A DNA stretch of 64,000 bases from an uncultured Burkholderiales bacterium (GTDB lineage: Bacteria; Actinomycetota; Acidimicrobiia; IMCC26256; JACPCJ01): assembly GCA_964438505.1 (NCBI GenBank), contig CAYTKN010000013.1, forward strand, positions 7,626 through 71,625, written 5' to 3'. Below the pieces are notes generated by a model. That model did no database searches. It worked only from the letters and a program-made list of their open reading frames with translations, and was not told the origin of the DNA. Shown piece by piece: positions 62,923 through 64,000 of this stretch; positions within the stretch are counted from its first letter, which is position 1, and the number at the start of each line of letters is the position of its first letter. Both the position numbers and the translations under genes were made by a program.

Positions 62923-64000
62923 TCACAGGCGCTCCCGCTGGGAGGCCGGCAGACCCGCCAGCGCGTCGACCGGATCGAACACGGGCACTCCGGCCGCAGC
63001 GATCTCGTCGACCGGCCAGTCCGGGTGCTTGACGAGAGCCACGACGAGGTCGAACGAGCCCCACTCCACGGCGTCGAGGGGGAGCACCTTGCGCTCCCCC
63101 GAGGTGAGGGTGATCTGCGACACGTGGGTGTCGACGAAGTCGACGACCGCGCCCGCGCTCTCGAGCAGCTCCATCACGTGGACGGCACGGGAGTTGCGGG
63201 TGTCGCTCACACCGGCCTTGAACGAAGCGCCGAGGCAGAGCACCCGGGAGCCCTTGAGCACCTGTCCCCGGTCGTTCATGAACGCCAGGATGCGGCTCAC
63301 CACATACGGCGCCATGCGGAGGTTCGTGTCGGCTGCCAGCTCGATGAACTTGGTCTGGAAGTCGAACTCGCGGGCCTTCCACGAGAGGTAGTAGGGATCG
63401 ACGGGGATGCAGTGCCCACCCGGCCCGATGCCCGGATAGAAGGCTTCGAAACCGAACGGCTTGGTGGCCGCGGCGTCGATGACCTCCCAGATGTCGATGC
63501 CCATCTCGTGGGCGAGGATCGCCAGCTCGTTCACCAGAGCGATGTTGACCGCCCGGTAGGTGTTCTCGAGCAGCTTGCACATCTCGGCCGCCTCGGGGGT
63601 GGAGACGACCTCGACGAGCCCCGGCCCGGCCATCACCGCCTCGAGGATCGCCTCGGCGTGCGCGGCGCCCTCGTCGCTCAGGCCACCCACCACCTTCGGG
63701 GTGTTGTGCACCGTCCAGGTGGTGTTGCCGGGGTCGACGCGCTCCGGTGAGAAGGCGAGGTGGAAGTCCTCGCCCGCACGCAGGCCGCTCTCCTCGAGGA
63801 TCGGCTGCACCACCTCCACCGTGGTGCCCGGATAGGTGGTCGACTGGAGGATGACCAGCATGCCCGGGCGCAGCACTCCGGCGACCGTACGGCACGCCTC
63901 GTGCACGAACGAGAGGTCGGGCACCTTCGCCGGGTCGAACGGCGTGGGCACGCAGATGAACACCACGTCGGTGGCACCGATCTCCTCGGCGTCTGCGGTC
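62923..64000 (-). CDS. Nucleotide-sugar dehydrogenase (UDP-glucose/GDP-mannose dehydrogenase family); N-terminus lies outside the window
   Basis: VFICVPTP, NTYRAVNIALVNE and the catalytic-Cys motif GPGGHCIPVDP are present. The frame stays open to position 64000. Confidence 0.85.
   Translation of the reverse strand, partial: TADAEEIGATDVVFICVPTPFDPAKVPDLSFVHEACRTVAGVLRPGMLVILQSTTYPGTTVEVVQPILEESGLRAGEDFHLAFSPERVDPGNTTWTVHNTPKVVGGLSDEGAAHAEAILEAVMAGPGLVEVVSTPEAAEMCKLLENTYRAVNIALVNELAILAHEMGIDIWEVIDAAATKPFGFEAFYPGIGPGGHCIPVDPYYLSWKAREFDFQTKFIELAADTNLRMAPYVVSRILAFMNDRGQVLKGSRVLCLGASFKAGVSDTRNSRAVHVMELLESAGAVVDFVDTHVSQITLTSGERKVLPLDAVEWGSFDLVVALVKHPDWPVDEIAAAGVPVFDPVDALAGLPASQRERL

Overview
This is a high-GC, Actinobacteria-like chromosomal segment (about 75-78% GC in the spot-counted lines, with lower-GC islets) and is almost entirely coding. 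All domain calls were made by eye from the translations; no BLAST, HMM or folding was run. From left to right the window holds six blocks. (1) The tail of a peptide ABC importer, plus two secreted proteins, one of them a cupredoxin. (2) A tightly coupled operon for decaprenyl-phospho-arabinose synthesis (ubiA-like, dprE1, dprE2 and a membrane phosphoesterase), with a divergent GT-C glycosyltransferase. (3) An accessory stretch (10.1-25.8 kb) rich in toxin-antitoxin (TA) modules: wHTH-NTase/HEPN, hipBA, phd with a beheaded vapC, and two vapBC pairs. It also carries an arylsulfotransferase, an MFS gene, a MacB-type ABC pair and a low-GC 2TM-GAF gene. (4) A glycan supercluster of about 38 kb (26.1-64 kb). 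It contains three GT-C enzymes, a polyprenol-P GT2 with a flippase-like protein, two paralogous sulfotransferases, Wzm/Wzt with a 1049-aa dual GT2, and a coiled-coil multidomain GT. (5) A complete pseudaminic acid pathway (pseB, C, I, G/H, F). (6) A low-GC block (about 58-60% in spot counts) with KpsS-like genes, a PglK/MsbA-type ABC exporter, GT4s, a WecA-like initiator and a nucleotide-sugar dehydrogenase. The best candidates for something undescribed are four. First, a 49-nt perfect palindrome occurs three times and delimits the hipBA, MFS and ABC modules; its third copy ends 17 nt from the truncated vapC. Second, a 1.84-kb unit bounded by 82-bp perfect direct repeats carries an iteron-like array and the NTase/HEPN pair, and appears to have replaced the 3' end of the GT-C gene. 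Third, the 2TM-GAF islet is flanked by a gene and a gene remnant of one HTH family. Fourth, sulfation, Pse and arabinan-precursor genes sit together in one locus. No rRNA, tRNA or CRISPR array was seen.
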